The notes under the pieces: generated by a model
What the model was told of the DNA's origin: nothing
The model's input: the letters and a program-made list of their open reading frames with translations, nothing else
Databases searched by the model: none
Position numbers and translations under genes: made by a program
Part shown: positions 35,095 through 35,419 of the stretch, piece after piece
Numbering within the stretch: the first letter of the stretch is position 1
Layout of the letters: every line of letters starts with the position of its first letter
Origin: an uncultured Candidatus Saccharibacteria bacterium
GTDB lineage: Bacteria; Patescibacteriota; UBA1384; CAZKOU01
Assembly: GCA_964554505.1 (NCBI GenBank)
Contig: CAZKOU010000001.1
Span: 13,060-48,478, forward strand
Reading direction: 5' to 3'
Length of the DNA stretch: 35,419 nucleotides

Positions 35095-35419
35095 TGGAAT
35101 GAAAAATCCAAAAATAAATAAGACGCCCTAATCTCGCTGGCAAAGTAAAAATAAACGATTGCCAGTCCCTTTTTAAGACATCTAATTTTAAACCGGAAAG
35201 ACAAATTTCGTCCTTGCTTTGAGAAAAAGCACGAAACTCATGATCTAAACCGCCGCTTGTGGTAAAAAATAATTCTTCTCTCGAGATATTATCGCCGAAA
35301 ATCTCTACGTTCTGCGAAGCTAATACTTTCTGAGCGCGAGAGGAAACCACGTCTAAAAAAATTACTCCCTCTCCCCTCAAAAAATATTCTATTTTATAAT
35401 CTCCGTTGACCAAAAAAAT
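35087..35419 (-). CDS. Hypothetical protein, probably 5'-truncated by the window edge
   Basis: The reading frame stays open to position 35419. 8-nt overlap (ATGTCTAA) with the GT2 start. I recognise no motif. Confidence 0.4.
   Translation of the reverse strand: MFLVNGDYKIEYFLRGEGVIFLDVVSSRAQKVLASQNVEIFGDNISREELFFTTSGGLDHEFRAFSQSKDEICLSGLKLDVLKRDWQSFIFTLPARLGRLIYFWIFHSNV

Overview
Gene-dense, AT-rich bacterial chromosome segment read with the standard genetic code. I found no rRNA genes, tRNA genes, CRISPR arrays or transposases. Split transketolase, many overlapping start/stop codons, tiny intergenic regions and shortened housekeeping proteins suggest a reduced CPR/Patescibacteria-like genome; this is inference.

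Gene blocks, left to right:
- 3' part of a P1B heavy-metal ATPase, then TIGR00725/LOG-like, DUF3105 and glutaredoxin genes.
- A tightly coupled sugar-phosphate operon: rpiB, rpe, gap, split tkt, class II aldolase, PfkB-family kinase, 2-hydroxyacid dehydrogenase.
- A long minus-strand operon: PAP2 phosphatase, DedA, two orphan ORFs, M16 peptidase, ndk, WecA/MraY-like transferase, bPH membrane protein, trxB.
- xer recombinase, ychF, a PEBP gene, rpsF-ssb-rpsR, groES-groEL, trpS, a phosphomannomutase and pyrG.
- A minus-strand envelope operon: GT2-GtrA polyprenyl-phosphate sugar synthase, GT-C (PMT/ArnT-like), GT4, H+-pyrophosphatase, VanW.

The best candidate for something undescribed is the translationally coupled orphan pair at 13795-14951. 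It encodes a 314-aa protein with a NERD/PD-(D/E)xK-like core carrying E-to-Q, plus a 71-aa partner, inside the lipid-carrier operon.

Secondary oddities:
- An exact 13-mer, TATATAATGTAAG, present four times on one strand.
- A self-complementary spacer splitting the tkt halves.
- A non-CIRCE inverted repeat in the groES leader.
- Apparently leaderless first cistrons.
- Two unannotated micro-ORFs.

All family calls come from motif recognition by eye; no database search was run.
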